Shown here piece by piece: positions 49,502-61,800 of a stretch of 64,000 nt of DNA. The DNA comes from Bdellovibrionales bacterium (GTDB lineage Bacteria > Bdellovibrionota > Bdellovibrionia > Bdellovibrionales > UBA1609): contig CBDCMT010000001.1 in the NCBI GenBank assembly GCA_965219095.1, forward strand, positions 512,001 to 576,000, given 5' to 3'. The stretch's first letter is position 1. Each line of letters starts with the position of its first letter. The position numbers and the translations under genes are program-made. Under the pieces are notes generated by a model. That model had not been told where the DNA came from, searched no databases, and saw only the letters and a list, made by a program, of their open reading frames with translations.

Positions 49502-52251
49502 GATAAAGCCTCTTGGCAACTTTTACATATAGGTTCTTCAAAGTCTAAATAGAAACTAAGCTCTTTATAAAACTTCCAACAACGAGGGCATTTTTCATTT
49601 GTGGTTTTGGAAGCTTTAATGCTTTGCTCTCCTTGCTTTAAAAAAATTTCTGATACAATAAAGATTTCTTTTAAATACGGATAAAACTCTTTTAAAATTC
49701 TATAAGTTTCTTCATTGACTTGTAGATGGACTTCAGCCTCTAGGCTAGAACCTATTACTTTATTAGTTCTTAACCTTTCAAGATCTTTTGTCACAAGCTC
49801 TCTTAATTTTAAAATAATTTCTATCTTTTCAGAAAGTCCTTTTGCACTCCACTCTTTACAGACTGTAGGAAAAGGCTCTAGGAATACACTCAATTTCTTT
49901 TCTAAAAGAAATTGATATACTTCCTCTGAAGTAAAACTCAAAATAGGGCACATCATGCGTGCGAGGTAATGAGTTAGTAGGTAAAGAGAGGTTTGGGCTG
50001 AACGTCTTTTTAAACTTTTTTTGCCACTTGTGTAAAGCCTGTCTTTTAAAATATCTAAATAAAAAGACGAAAGTGTGACTGTGAAAAATTCGTTGAGTTT
50101 GTGGTAGCTTTTATGAAATTGAAAGTCATCGTAGTATTGGTTTATATTTTTTATCAGCTTATTGAGTTCTAAAAGAGCCCACTGATCAAGAGGTAGCATA
50201 TTCTTAAAATCTACCTTATCTTTAGACATATCAAAGTCATGGATGTTTCCCAGAAGAAAACGGAATGTATTTCTTATCTTGCGGTAGGATTCGGAAAGCC
50301 TTTTAAAGATATCAACCCCTACGGTCACATCACGACTGTAGTCTTCATGAGCTACCCAGAGACGTAAAATTTCAGCCCCATACTCTTGTATCACTTTTTG
50401 AGGAATTACAACGTTCCCCTTGCTTTTAGACATTTTATGCCCTTTAGCATCGTTTACAAATCCATGAGTTAAAACTTTTTTAAAAGGAGGTTCATTATAA
50501 GCGGCTAGAGAGGAAAGAAGGCTTGTTTGAAACCAGCCTCTGTGCTGGTCACTTCCTTCTAAATAAAGATCGGCAGGAAATCTGAGAGCTTTTCTTTTCT
50601 TTTGAACAGACGTATGACAGCTAGCACTATCGAACCACACATCAAGTGTATCTGTGCTTGATACGAACTCTTTTTTTTGACATTTTTTACACTCATAACC
50701 TTTTGTCCAATAAGAGGCAGGTTTTTCATAAAAAACGTTAGAGCCTTCTTGGTGTTTTTCCGTTTCATCAGCAACTTTATCTAAAAGTTTTTCTTCTAAA
50801 AGAGGAGTTTCACATGACTTGCAATAAAAAACAGGAAGAGGTACGCCCCAAAGTCTTTGACGGCTGATACACCAATCAGGATTGTTTTCAATCATGGATT
50901 CAAATCGTTTTTGTCCCCAAGGGGGAATGAATTGGATGTTATTTTTTGCTACATCTAAGGCTTTTTTCTTAAGTTTTTTATTTAAACTTTCTACAGCCAC
51001 AAACCATTGAGAGGTCAAACGAAAGATGGTGGGCTTTTTTGTACGTTCATCATGAGGATAGGAATGAGAGATCTCTTCGTGATGGACTAAAAGGTTGTTT
51101 TGTTTAAGCTTCTCTATAATAAGAGGATTGGCCTTCCAAACTAAAAGACCTTCATAAGAGGGGACGTCCTTTGTGAACTTGCCATAAGAGTTTACAGGGC
51201 ATGGAGTAGGTAAGTTATAAGCTAAACCCACTTTATAGTCATCTAAACCATGTCCTGGAGCAATGTGAACACAGCCTGTTCCTGCACTCAATTCCACATG
51301 CTCGCTTAACACAACTACAGAATATCTTTTTAAAAAAGGATGCTGGGTTCGAATTCCCTCTAATTGGGATCCTTTTAAGATTTTGATCTTTCGAAAGTTT
51401 TTTTGCCATTTTTTCTCTAAGCTCTCTTTAAGAAGAGTCGCTAAAATGAAGGTTCTTTTTGAGTCTAAATCTTCATAAAGACCGTAATCAAAATCTTTGC
51501 CAACAGCAAGGGCTGTATTTGAGGGTAAAGTCCAAGGCGTTGTAGTCCAGATGACAAAATATGTTTCTTGAGGCAGTTGAAAAGGTGAAGAAGTCACTTT
51601 GAAAAGTACATCAATGGAAGGGCTTTTGATTTCCTTATAAATGATCTCACTGGCAGCTAAAGCTGTACCTAAAAAAGCAGACCAGTGAACAGGCTTTTTC
51701 CCTTGAAATAAAAAGCCATTTTTGAAGATCTTTTTTATCAGTCTAATTTCATCGGCCTCGTAACTGGCTTGTAAGGTAAGATAGGGATTTTTCCAGTCCC
51801 CTATGGTTCCAATTCTTTGAAATTCTTTTTTTTGTATTTTGTGCCAATAAATAGCTTCTTTTCTGCATTTATTCCTAAATTCAGCCTTTGAAAGGTTTTT
51901 TTGTGTTCTCTGAAGTTTTTTAGAGGTTGTTATTTCAATAGGGAGACCATGGCAGTCCCAACCAGGAATGAACTCACATAAAAAACCTTTCATGTTTTTG
52001 TATTTAACAACCATATCCTTTAAAATGCGGTTGAGACAGTGGCCGATATGAATGGCTCCGTTGGCATAAATAGGGCCATCAACTAAAGTAAAAGGGCTTT
52101 TATTTTTATTTTGAGCGACCATTTTATAGTAAACCCCCTCTCTATTCCAAAATTCTATAAGTTCAGGTTCTTTTTGGGTTAAATGAGCTTTCATAGGAAA
52201 ACTTGTTTGAGGTAAAAGGATGGTGTCTTTGAAAACAGAAGCTTTTTTCAT
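49492..52251 (-). CDS. ileS: Isoleucine--tRNA ligase
   Basis: HIGH, KMSKS, WTTTPWTLP and a C-terminal CPRCW zinc finger. Confidence 0.97.
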   Translation of the reverse strand: MKKASVFKDTILLPQTSFPMKAHLTQKEPELIEFWNREGVYYKMVAQNKNKSPFTLVDGPIYANGAIHIGHCLNRILKDMVVKYKNMKGFLCEFIPGWDCHGLPIEITTSKKLQRTQKNLSKAEFRNKCRKEAIYWHKIQKKEFQRIGTIGDWKNPYLTLQASYEADEIRLIKKIFKNGFLFQGKKPVHWSAFLGTALAASEIIYKEIKSPSIDVLFKVTSSPFQLPQETYFVIWTTTPWTLPSNTALAVGKDFDYGLYEDLDSKRTFILATLLKESLEKKWQKNFRKIKILKGSQLEGIRTQHPFLKRYSVVVLSEHVELSAGTGCVHIAPGHGLDDYKVGLAYNLPTPCPVNSYGKFTKDVPSYEGLLVWKANPLIIEKLKQNNLLVHHEEISHSYPHDERTKKPTIFRLTSQWFVAVESLNKKLKKKALDVAKNNIQFIPPWGQKRFESMIENNPDWCISRQRLWGVPLPVFYCKSCETPLLEEKLLDKVADETEKHQEGSNVFYEKPASYWTKGYECKKCQKKEFVSSTDTLDVWFDSASCHTSVQKKRKALRFPADLYLEGSDQHRGWFQTSLLSSLAAYNEPPFKKVLTHGFVNDAKGHKMSKSKGNVVIPQKVIQEYGAEILRLWVAHEDYSRDVTVGVDIFKRLSESYRKIRNTFRFLLGNIHDFDMSKDKVDFKNMLPLDQWALLELNKLIKNINQYYDDFQFHKSYHKLNEFFTVTLSSFYLDILKDRLYTSGKKSLKRRSAQTSLYLLTHYLARMMCPILSFTSEEVYQFLLEKKLSVFLEPFPTVCKEWSAKGLSEKIEIILKLRELVTKDLERLRTNKVIGSSLEAEVHLQVNEETYRILKEFYPYLKEIFIVSEIFLKQGEQSIKASKTTNEKCPRCWKFYKELSFYLDFEEPICKSCQEALSCN

Positions 52252-52574
52252 AAATTGAGAGGTCTTTTTTGAAAACTTAAGGGGATTAAAATTAAGTATA
52301 CATTAGAGCAAGAACTCATAAATTTGATTTTAACGATTTTTGAACCTCTTGACAAGAGGTGAGGATTTTATTTCTAAAAACCCGAGTTTTGACTTTTATA
52401 TACTGCTCAGAAGCCTCTGTTCTTGAGTGGAGGATTTTTTAGATTTTAAGCAAGTAAGAGATGAGGGTACCTAAAAGATTGACGACAAAATTTTGTGGGC
52501 TGCGATGGCGAGAATGAAGCCTGTAAGAGCCTAAATTGTGGAGCCTGTAAATTAAATTGTGTAACTTCTGTCGA

Positions 52575-54379
52575 GGCACCTCTGTATTAACCTCCTTTCG
52601 TAAAGTAAAAAAAATCGTAACTGCTCACCTACATTGTTCAGTTATCCCTAACTTTAGACCTGTTTTAAGATAAAAGTCTTGTTCTTACAGATTTTCTTTT
52701 AAATACTTTTTTCAAATGACAATAAATAAGACCTCCATCAGAAATGAGATTGAAAATATAAGAAGTGACTTTGATAAGCTTGCAAAGAAAGGTTCTGTGC
52801 CTACTGAGATTTCTGTGGTTTTTGAATCTCTCTTTAAGGTTGTGAACATTCTGATTGTTGTGCTTTTAGAAAAACAGGTTCGAAAAAATTCCAGCAACAG
52901 CGGTCTTCCTCCTTCGCAAGATTTTAGTCGTCAAGGGAATCGTAATAAGAAAGCTAGTGGGAGTCAAAAAAAGGGCTCTAGACTTGATAACAGTAAAGAT
53001 ACAAACAGTGAGGAGACTGTCTTTCCCTCAGAGTGTTCTCAGTGTGGGATGTGTTTAAAGACAGCAGAGGTAAAAAGCCTTGAAAAGCGTAAAAAGATTG
53101 ATATTTTTTATGAAATTCAGACCCATACTGTAACTTCTGAAGTTAAGAATTGTCCCTCATGTGGAGCTAGAAATAAAGGTCAATTCCCTAAAGGTATGAG
53201 TGGTCCTCTTCAGTATGGTATAGGCATTAGAGCTTCCATCATCAATTTCATTATAGTTCAGATGCTGTCTTTTAGAGCGTGTTGGGGAACATTACATGGG
53301 GCTTATAGGTCGAATGATTTCTCCTGCAGTTATGTTGAGATACATTGCTGAATTAGGAGAGTTTCTTAAAAGTTGGGAAGAGCAGATGAAAGAAAAGATA
53401 CTTGAATCAGAGGTCATTCATGTTGATGAGACCTCTATGAGGGTTAAGGGTAAAAACTACTGGATTCATACTTATAGTTCAGGAGAATTAGTCTTGCAGT
53501 TTCTCCACCTTTCAGGTGGAAGGGAAGCCATAAAAGATATTGGTCTCTTGGATAGATATGGAGGAGTGCTTGTGCATGATTGTTGGAGTCCTTACTTTTG
53601 TTATGATAAGATAACTCATGCTTTGTGTGTGGCTCACCTTTTGAGAGAGCTTAAATTTATAGAAGAAAGCAATGGATTCAAATGGGCTACAAATCTCAAA
53701 AAACTTCTTAAAGAGACTGTGGAGTTAGTTCATAAAAAAGAGTCAAGAGTTCTGACTCAAAAAGAGTACGAAACTCTTCAGAGAAGGTATAGGAGTATTC
53801 TTACAAAAGGCTTAAAAGAGCTTCCAGAATTTCCTAAGAAAAATGGCAAGAAAGGACGAATAAAGCATACACAAGCTCAAAACCTTTGGCTGCGATTTAA
53901 AAAGTATGAAGCAGAAATACTGTGTTTTGCTAAAAGAAAGAACGTAGATCCTACTAATAACAGAGCTGAAAGAGATCTAAGAATGACTAAGGTGAAAAAG
54001 AAAGTGTCAGGGTGTTTCAGAACAGAAGAAATGGCGAAATATTTTTGTCGCATTACCAGCTATGTTAAAACAATGAGAAATAAAGGGTATTCTTCTTTAG
54101 AAGCCATCTCTATGGCTTTAAATAAAAATTTACGAGAGTGAGCAGTTACAAAAAATCATCCCATAGTCCTTTTTGTATCCATCTATTAAAACGGTTGTAT
54201 GCTGTCTTCCAAGGACAGAACTGTTCAGGAATATCACGCCAGGGACAGCCTGTACGCAGTTTCCACAAAATGGCCTCTCCATGACATTACGATTGATTAG
54301 ATGAGTTATAACAACTCTTTGTTTTCATAATAGCACTTAACTGTTGCCAAATAGAATCTGTTAAAACTTTCCTTATCAT
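52575..54379 (-). pseudogene. IS5-family (IS427-like) transposase N-terminal remnant, split by IS66
   Basis: MIRKVLTDSIWQQL...AILWKLRTGCPWRDIPEQFCPWKTAYNRFNRW..KGLWD, with frameshifts. Confidence 0.85.
52617..54149 (+). mobile_element. IS66 element, transposase frameshifted near 53275
   Basis: Full ends. TSD AAAAAATC at 52609-52616 and 54150-54157. Confidence 0.95.
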
Positions 54380-54657
54380 ACGAAAATCCTCCTTTGCTTT
54401 TTGTTGTAATAAATGAAAAGTCATTGTAAGCTTTAATCTTAATTGACGATCTCTCTCTAATAGCACATGTAAATCTTACGACATAAAATCTGAAATATCT
54501 AAGTTATTTCTTAACAGCTTCTTAGGATTTAAAAGTATCTTATTTTGATACATAAGAAAGAAAATGTATAAAACTTAGACAAGTGTTTCTCCAAATTTGT
54601 CTTTAAGATCGAAAAGCAAAGCTTTTTAGGGTTTATAGGCCTTAGATTGAAGGATTT

Positions 54658-54674
54658 TGGGCATAGAGCTTGCA
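54658..54674 (+). promoter_or_regulatory. Putative sigma-54 (-24/-12) promoter
   Basis: TGGGCATAGAGCTTGCA gives GG-N10-GC, 30 bp upstream of the lipoprotein start and its RBS. Confidence 0.6.
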
Positions 54675-54703
54675 ACTTAAAGAAGTAAGAGGAGGGATTT
54701 ATT

Positions 54704-55324
54704 ATGAAAACAAAATATCATTTTTTTATAAGCTCTATTGTTCTGAGCTTTTTCTTAATCGGCTGTAATAAGCACACAGACCAGGAGGGTTTTTTAAGCC
54801 CAGTTCATAAATTTGATGAAAGCTCTTTAGTTCAAGTTGTGATGAGTTGTTGGGAGCAAATTTATTCATCAAGAGATAATAGAACTTTTTCTGACAAGGC
54901 TTCTGACTTTCTTACAGGGTTTAATGATCCTTTACTAGATGACTTCAATTATGCGTCTCTGAAAGCAGGTTGTGAAGGAGAGTCTCAAACTGACGTAAGG
55001 ATTTCCACAAGGATCTATGATTACGGCAAGGGTGAGATTAAAGTGTCTTTTAGAGACTATGAGATTTATTCAGATGAAATTGTTAATTATCGTGAAAATA
55101 ATGAATTTCTTGAAGTAACCTTTGCTTTTAATGATGGAGATAGGGGAAGGAACCTATTGAATCTTAATGGAACTCTTTCAGATTTTGAAAGTGATAACGG
55201 CAAAATTTATGAAGTGTTTTACGGAACAGTAAGTTTTCAGAATGACTATGACTACAGTAGAGTTGATAATAATGGTTTGAGAGGAAATCTTGGTGAGTTT
55301 GTAACCGTCATAAGTGTTGAGTAA
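54704..55324 (+). CDS. Lipoprotein of unknown function
   Basis: RBS AGGAGG and lipobox FLIG-C. Confidence 0.8.
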   Translation: MKTKYHFFISSIVLSFFLIGCNKHTDQEGFLSPVHKFDESSLVQVVMSCWEQIYSSRDNRTFSDKASDFLTGFNDPLLDDFNYASLKAGCEGESQTDVRISTRIYDYGKGEIKVSFRDYEIYSDEIVNYRENNEFLEVTFAFNDGDRGRNLLNLNGTLSDFESDNGKIYEVFYGTVSFQNDYDYSRVDNNGLRGNLGEFVTVISVE

Positions 55325-55416
55325 ATTATTGAGGTACTTATAGAAAAAAATTCATTTGTTAAGCTATAAAAACTGCAATTTTTTACAGCACTTACACTTT
55401 TTATTTTAGATATTTT

Positions 55417-55460
55417 AAGCTCTTAAGTAAATCCCCCCATTTTATTTAAGAGCTTTTTTT
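55417..55460 (+). terminator. Possible intrinsic terminator
   Basis: AAGCTCTTAAGTAAA...TTTATTTAAGAGCTT followed by a T-run, which is the IS66 target. Confidence 0.4.
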
Positions 55461-57048
55461 GTAACTGCTCACCTACATTGTTCAGTTATCCCTAACTTTA
55501 GACCTGTTTTAAGATAAAAGTCTTGCTTTTACAGATTCCCGGGAGGAGCCAAAAGGCCTCCTCAAAAGAACCTCCGGGAACCCACAGATTCTTTTGAGGA
55601 GGCCTTTTTTCAAATGACAATAAATAAGACCTCCATCAGAAATGAGATTGAAAATATAAGAAGTGACTTTGATAAGTTTGCAAAGAAAGGTTCTGTGCCT
55701 ACTGAGATTTCTGTGATTGTTGAATCTCTCTTTAAGGTTGTGAACATTCTGATTGTTGTGTTTTTAGAAAAACAGGTTCGAAAAAATTCCAGCAACAGCG
55801 GTCTTCCTCCTTCGCAAGATTTTAGTCGTCAAGGGAATCGTAATAAGAAAGCTAGTGGGAGTCAGAAAAAGGGCTCTAGACTTGATAACAGTAAAGATAC
55901 AAAACAGTGAGGAGACTGTCTCTCCCTCAGAGTGTTCTCAGTGTGGGATGTGTTTAAAGACAGCAGAGGTAAAAAGCCTTGAGAAGCGTAAAAAGATTGA
56001 TATTTTTTATGAAATTCAGACCCATACTGTAACTTCTGAAGTTAAGAATTGTCCCTCATGTGGAGCTAGAAATAAAGGTCAATTCCCTAAAGGTATGAGT
56101 GGTCCTCTTCAGTATGGTATAGGCATTAGAGCTTCCATCATCAATTTCATTATAGTTCAGATGCTGTCTTTTAGAGCGTGTTGGGGAACATTACATGGGG
56201 CTTATAGGTCGAATGATTTCTCCTGCAGTTATGTTGAGATACATTGCTGAATTAGGAGAGTTTCTTAAAAGTTGGGAAGAGCAGATGAAAGAAAAGATAC
56301 TTGAATCAGAGGTCATTCATGTTGATGAGACCTCTATGAGGGTTAAGGGTAAAAACTACTGGATTCATACTTATAGTTCAGGAGAATTAGTCTTGCAGTT
56401 TCTCCACCTTTCAGGTGGAAGGGAAGCCATAAAAGATATTGGTCTCTTGGATAGATATGGAGGAGTGCTTGTGCATGATTGTTGGAGTCCTTACTTTTGT
56501 TATGATAAGATAACTCATGCTTTGTGTGTGGCTCACCTTTTGAGAGAGCTTAAATTTATAGAAGAAAGCAATGGATTCAAATGGGCTACAAATCTCAAAA
56601 AACTTCTTAAAGAGACTGTGGAGTTAGTTCATAAAAAAGAGTCAAGAGTTCTGACTCAAAAAGAGTACGAAACTCTTCAGAGAAGGTATAGGAGTATTCT
56701 TACAAAAGGCTTAAAAGAGCTTCCAGAATTTCCTAAGAAAAATGGCAAGAAAGGACGAATAAAGCATACACAAGCTCAAAACCTTTGGCTGCGATTTAAA
56801 AAGTATGAAGCAGAAATACTGTGTTTTGCTAAAAGAAAGAACGTAGATCCTACTAATAACAGAGCTGAAAGAGATCTAAGAATGACTAAAGTGAAAAAGA
56901 AAGTGTCAGGGTGTTTCAGAACAGAAGAAATGGCGAAATATTTTTGTCGTATTACCAGCTATGTTAAAACAATGAGAAATAGAGGGTATTCTTCTTTAGA
57001 AGCCATCTCTATGGCTTTAAATAAAAACTTACGAGAGTGAGCAGTTAC
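55461..57048 (+). mobile_element. IS66 element with two frameshifts and ISL3 end debris in its leader
   Basis: Full ends and TSD CTTTTTTT. It shares the TTTAGAGCGT frameshift with 52617-54149 and has an extra A near 55903. Confidence 0.95.
55531..55603. mobile_element. ISL3 abutted left-end/right-end junction plus 48-bp mini-element
   Basis: ACAGATTCCCGGGAGGAGCC-AAAAG-GCCTCCTCAAAAGAA...TTCTTTTGAGGAGGC. Confidence 0.85.
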
Positions 57049-57084
57049 CTTTTTTTTATATTGGAAATATGGTAAGATGCCCTT

Positions 57085-57846
57085 ATGTTAAAAGTTCTTT
57101 TCTTATTAAGGGGGGGGTTGTTTTTACCCTTTGTAATCATAATGATTTTTATTTGCTTTATAGGGCTTTTGTTATTTGCTCTATTAAAACCTTTTCTTTC
57201 TTATAAAAGTGCCATAAAAATAGGTGATTTTTGGATTTATTTTTTTAACAAAGGCATTGTGTTGTTTTTAAATCTTAAAATTGAAGTGGAGGGAAGAGAA
57301 AATGTTCCTTTGTCTCAAAAAGGATGCTTATTTTTATTTAAACATGCAAGTCATTTGGATATACCTGTTTTATCAATTTCCCTTCCAAGAAGCTTTAGAT
57401 TTGGAGCAAAAATAGAGCTTTTTAAAATTCCTTTTTTTGGAACTTGTTTAAAAATGATCGATACTCTGCCTGTTGACAGAAGGGCTCGCAAGAAGGTTTT
57501 AGTTCTTTACGAAAAGTCCATTATCAATGTTGAGAAAGGTTTAAGTTATGCTCTTTCTCCTGAAGGAACTCGTTATGAAGAGGGAGTCTTAGGGGGTTTT
57601 AAAAGAGGACCCTTTTACTTTGCTGTTCATGCCAAAACGGATATCCTCCCTGTCCTTGTTTATGGGACTGCTAAGGCCTTTCACTCAAAAGACAAACTTG
57701 CCTGCACAAAAGCTTGGACTCATAAGATAAGACTGAAAATTTTGGAACCTATAAGTACAAAACACCACTCTGAACAAGAGGTAAATGCTTTAAGGGACAA
57801 AGTCTACAAGATTATGTTAAAAGCTTATAAAGAGAAGGGTCTTTAA
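57085..57846 (+). CDS. plsC: 1-acyl-sn-glycerol-3-phosphate acyltransferase family
   Basis: KHASHLD (HxxxxD), FGAKIELFKIP and SPEGTR. Confidence 0.88.
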   Translation: MLKVLFLLRGGLFLPFVIIMIFICFIGLLLFALLKPFLSYKSAIKIGDFWIYFFNKGIVLFLNLKIEVEGRENVPLSQKGCLFLFKHASHLDIPVLSISLPRSFRFGAKIELFKIPFFGTCLKMIDTLPVDRRARKKVLVLYEKSIINVEKGLSYALSPEGTRYEEGVLGGFKRGPFYFAVHAKTDILPVLVYGTAKAFHSKDKLACTKAWTHKIRLKILEPISTKHHSEQEVNALRDKVYKIMLKAYKEKGL

Positions 57847-57941
57847 ACTAAAGTTTTTTTAAGTATTTTTATAGGTGACTTAAGTGGTTTTTTGGTATAA
57901 AGATAAGTGAAGGTTAAAAGACAAGAAAGAGAAGGGATGTT

Positions 57942-58781
57942 ATGAAGATTGGAGTTTTAGGTTCAGGGCAAATGGGAAGTGGTATTTCACAAATTATAGC
58001 GAAGAAAAATCATTCTGTAATTCTCGTGGATGTAGATCAAAACGCCTTGGATCGAGCTTTAGAGATTATTTCAAAGAGTTGTGATAAGTTTATAGCTAAA
58101 GAAAAAATGACCGATCTTGAAAAGACCCATCTTTTAAACCTCATCAGAACATCCACTCAGATGAATTCTTTTAAAGATTGTGATGTTGTGATTGAAGCTG
58201 TTGTAGAGGATAGAGACCTTAAAAAAAAGGTGTTTAAAGATTTAGATAGAATCTGCCCCTCTCAAACACTTCTTTTATCAAATACATCTTCTATCTCTAT
58301 TACAGATATAGCCTCTAGTACAAAACGTCCTGAAAAGGTTGCAGGCATGCATTTTATGAATCCAGTTCCTGTTATGAAACTTGTTGAAGGCATAAGAGGT
58401 CTTGCTACATCGGATGAAACTTTCTCTCAAGTCAAAAAATTTTCTGAAAGTTTGGATAAAGTTTTTATTGAAGCAAAAGATTTCCCTGGTTTTGTGGTTA
58501 ACCGCATTCTTATGCCTATGATCAATGAAGCTATTTTCACTCTTTACGAGGGTGTTGCTTCTGCAAATGACATTGATTGTGCTATGAAACTAGGAACTCA
58601 TCACCCTATGGGGCCTTTAGCTTTAGCTGATTTTATTGGCTTAGACACCTGCCTTGCTATTATGAAAGTTTTGCATGATGTTTTAGGAGATAGTAAGTAT
58701 AGACCCTGCCCTCTTTTGATTAAGTACGTAGAAGCCGGCTGGTATGGACGTAAAACAAAAAAAGGGTTTTATGAATATTAA
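57942..58781 (+). CDS. hbd: 3-hydroxybutyryl-CoA dehydrogenase
   Basis: [25 protein letters not shown] and HPMGPL. Confidence 0.93.
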   Translation: MKIGVLGSGQMGSGISQIIAKKNHSVILVDVDQNALDRALEIISKSCDKFIAKEKMTDLEKTHLLNLIRTSTQMNSFKDCDVVIEAVVEDRDLKKKVFKDLDRICPSQTLLLSNTSSISITDIASSTKRPEKVAGMHFMNPVPVMKLVEGIRGLATSDETFSQVKKFSESLDKVFIEAKDFPGFVVNRILMPMINEAIFTLYEGVASANDIDCAMKLGTHHPMGPLALADFIGLDTCLAIMKVLHDVLGDSKYRPCPLLIKYVEAGWYGRKTKKGFYEY

Positions 58782-58820
58782 AAAGATAAGAGATCTCATA
58801 AAAGCAAGGCAAAGCTTTCT

Positions 58821-61800
58821 ATGAAACTTAAAAACTCAGTACGTATTGTAACAGCCACAGCTTTATTTGATGGCCATGATGCAAGCATTAACATTATAAG
58901 AAGAATCTTGCAGGACGGAGGGGCTGAAATTATTCATTTAGGACACAACCGTTCCGTGAAAGAGGTTGTAGAAACAGCTCTTCAGGAAGGAGTGCAGGGA
59001 ATTTGTATCAGTTCTTATCAAGGAGGGCATTTAGAGTATTTTAAGTACATAAAGGATCTTTTAAATGAAAAAGGCGGGTCTTATGTAAAAATTTTCGGCG
59101 GAGGAGGCAGTGTTATTGTTTATGAGGAAAAAAAAGAGCTTGAATCTTATGGAATTACAAGAATCTTTCACCCTCACGAGAACCGTAAGATCGGTTTAGA
59201 AGGGATGAAGAATTTTATTTTACAAAGCTGTGATTTTGATCTCAATGAATCTTTCTTATCAAAAAAACCGAAAGGGAAAACAAAAGAATTCCCTCATAGA
59301 GATTTGGGTCTTTTATGTTCTTCTGTAGAGAATCAAAAAGATGTGAAAGAATTTAGAAAGCTTCTTGATTCTTTTAAAAAAGAAAAAAAACCTCCTATTA
59401 TAGGAGTGACAGGAACGGGGGGATCAGGAAAGAGTTCTTTAGTCGATGAGTTAATACAAAGATTTTTAAACTTTTATCCTAAACTTCATGTAGCTGTGAT
59501 TTGTGTTGATCCCAGCAAGAAGAAAACAGGAGGTGCTCTTTTAGGTGATCGGATTCGTATGAACTCTTTGAAACGTGAAGGTGTTTACATGAGATCCTTG
59601 GCCTCAAGAGAGTCGAGCAATGAACTCTCTCAGTCTCTACCTCTTATACTTAATGAACTTAAAGCCTTGGATTTTGATCTCATCATTGCGGAATCTTCTG
59701 GCATTGGGCAAGGAGGTTTAGCTATCACAAAGATTTGTGATGAAAGCCTTTATGTAATGACTTCAGAATTTGGTGCAGAAACACAGCTTGAAAAGATTGA
59801 AATGATAGATCACGCTGATTTTATTGTGATCAATAAATCCGATCATCGTGGATCTGAGGATGCTGTTCGTAGTGTAAAAAAACAATACCGTCGGTCTAAA
59901 AAACTCTTCTCTTCCGCAATCAGTGAGTTTCCCATTTATTTAACACAAGCCAGTCAGTTTAACGATCTAGGAATAAACAAGCTTTTTTTAGATCTCTCTT
60001 CAAAGCTTGCAAGTTATGACACCCTCTGGTCTCACTCAAATTATAATACTTATTCATTGAATTCCTCAAAAAAAGAAATCATCATTCCTTCAGAAAGACA
60101 AAATTATTTGAGTGAGATTGTTTCAACAGTAAGACAGTACAAAAAACGTGTCCATAAAATAGCTCAAAAGGCTTCGCAGTTAGGAGCTTTAGAAAGGGTA
60201 AAAAATTTGGGACTTTATACTTCTGATATGAAAGAAAAACAAACCCAGTTAAGAGAAGAGTTCCATCATGAGGAGTTAAAGCTTCTAGAAAGCTATGAAC
60301 AAAACTTACAGACTTACAAGAAAGAAACTTTGGTTTATCGTTCTAGAAAAAAAATCTCTCAACCCCTTTACTTAGAAAGTCTTTCAGGGTCTCGTCTTCC
60401 TAGAGTGTGCTACCCTGTTCTTCAAGACTGGGGAGAACGATTTGAGTTTTTATGTTTAGAAAACGTTCCAGGGGAATTCCCTTTTACATCAGGAGTTTTT
60501 CATCTCAAACGTCTTGATGAATTACCTCTTAGACAATTTGCTGGTGAAGGCACTCCTTCGCAGACAAACCAAAGGTTTCATTACTTAAGCCAAAAAAACA
60601 CAGCCAAGCGACTTTCTACAGCTTTTGATAGTGTTACTCTTTACGGACAAGATCCTCACGAGAATCCTGATATTTACGGTAAAGTGGGTGAAAGTGGTGT
60701 GAGTGTTTCTACTTTAGATGACATGAAAGAGCTTTATAAAAATTTTGATCTTTGCGATCCTCTTACAAGTGTAAGCATGACTATCAATGGACCAGCACCT
60801 ATGATTTTAGCTTTTTTTATGAACACAGCTATTGATCAACAAGTTCAGAAAAAACACAAAGAGTTAGGAAGAGACTTAAGTCTAAAAGAATATGAAGGAA
60901 TAAAAGCCTTTACTCTCAATACTGTAAGAGGCACCGTGCAAGCCGATATTTTAAAAGAAGACCAGGGGCAAAACACTTGTATCTTTTCTATTGATTTTTC
61001 GCTTAAGATGATGGCTGATATTCAAGAATATTTCGTTCAAAATAAAGTCAAAAATTTTTATTCTGTGAGTATTTCTGGTTATCATATTGCAGAAGCAGGA
61101 GCTAATCCCATAACACAATTGGCTTTAACCTTAAGCAATGCTTTTACTTATGTAGAATATTATTTAAGCAGAGGCATGCGTATTGATGACTTTGCCCCTA
61201 ACCTTTCTTTTTTCTTTTCTAACGGTATGGATCCTGAGTATACAGTATTAGGTCGCGTAGCTCGACGTCTTTGGGCTATTAGTATGAAGGAAAAGTACAA
61301 GGGAAATGTTCGGTCTCAAAAACTAAAATATCACATTCAAACTAGCGGTCGTTCTCTTCATGATCAAGAGATCGAGTTCAATGACATTCGCACCACTTTA
61401 GAGGCTTTAACAGCTCTCTCAGATCACTGTAACTCTCTTCATACTAATGCTTATGATGAAGCAATCACAACACCCACAGAAGAGTCAGTCAGACGTGCTC
61501 AAGCCATACAGCTTATCATTAACAAAGAGTACGGTTATTCTAAAAATGAGAACCCTTTACAGGGGAGTTATTTTATTCATTATTTAACAGATCTTGTAGA
61601 AGAAGCTGTTTTGGATGAGTTTTTAAAACTTAATGAAAGAGGAGGAGTTTTAGGAGCTATGGAGAGACAGTACCAAAGAAGCCAAATTCAAGAAGATTCA
61701 CTTTATTATGAAAGTTTAAAGCATAACGGAAGTCTTCCTGTTATAGGAGTAAACACTTTTATTGATCAAAAAGTTCTGGAAGAAAATTATGAGCCTCCTA

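Noticed and set aside
53270..53300. Programmed frameshift in IS66
   Set aside because: The 7879-9303 copy is a single ORF, and the break is an indel without a slippery sequence.
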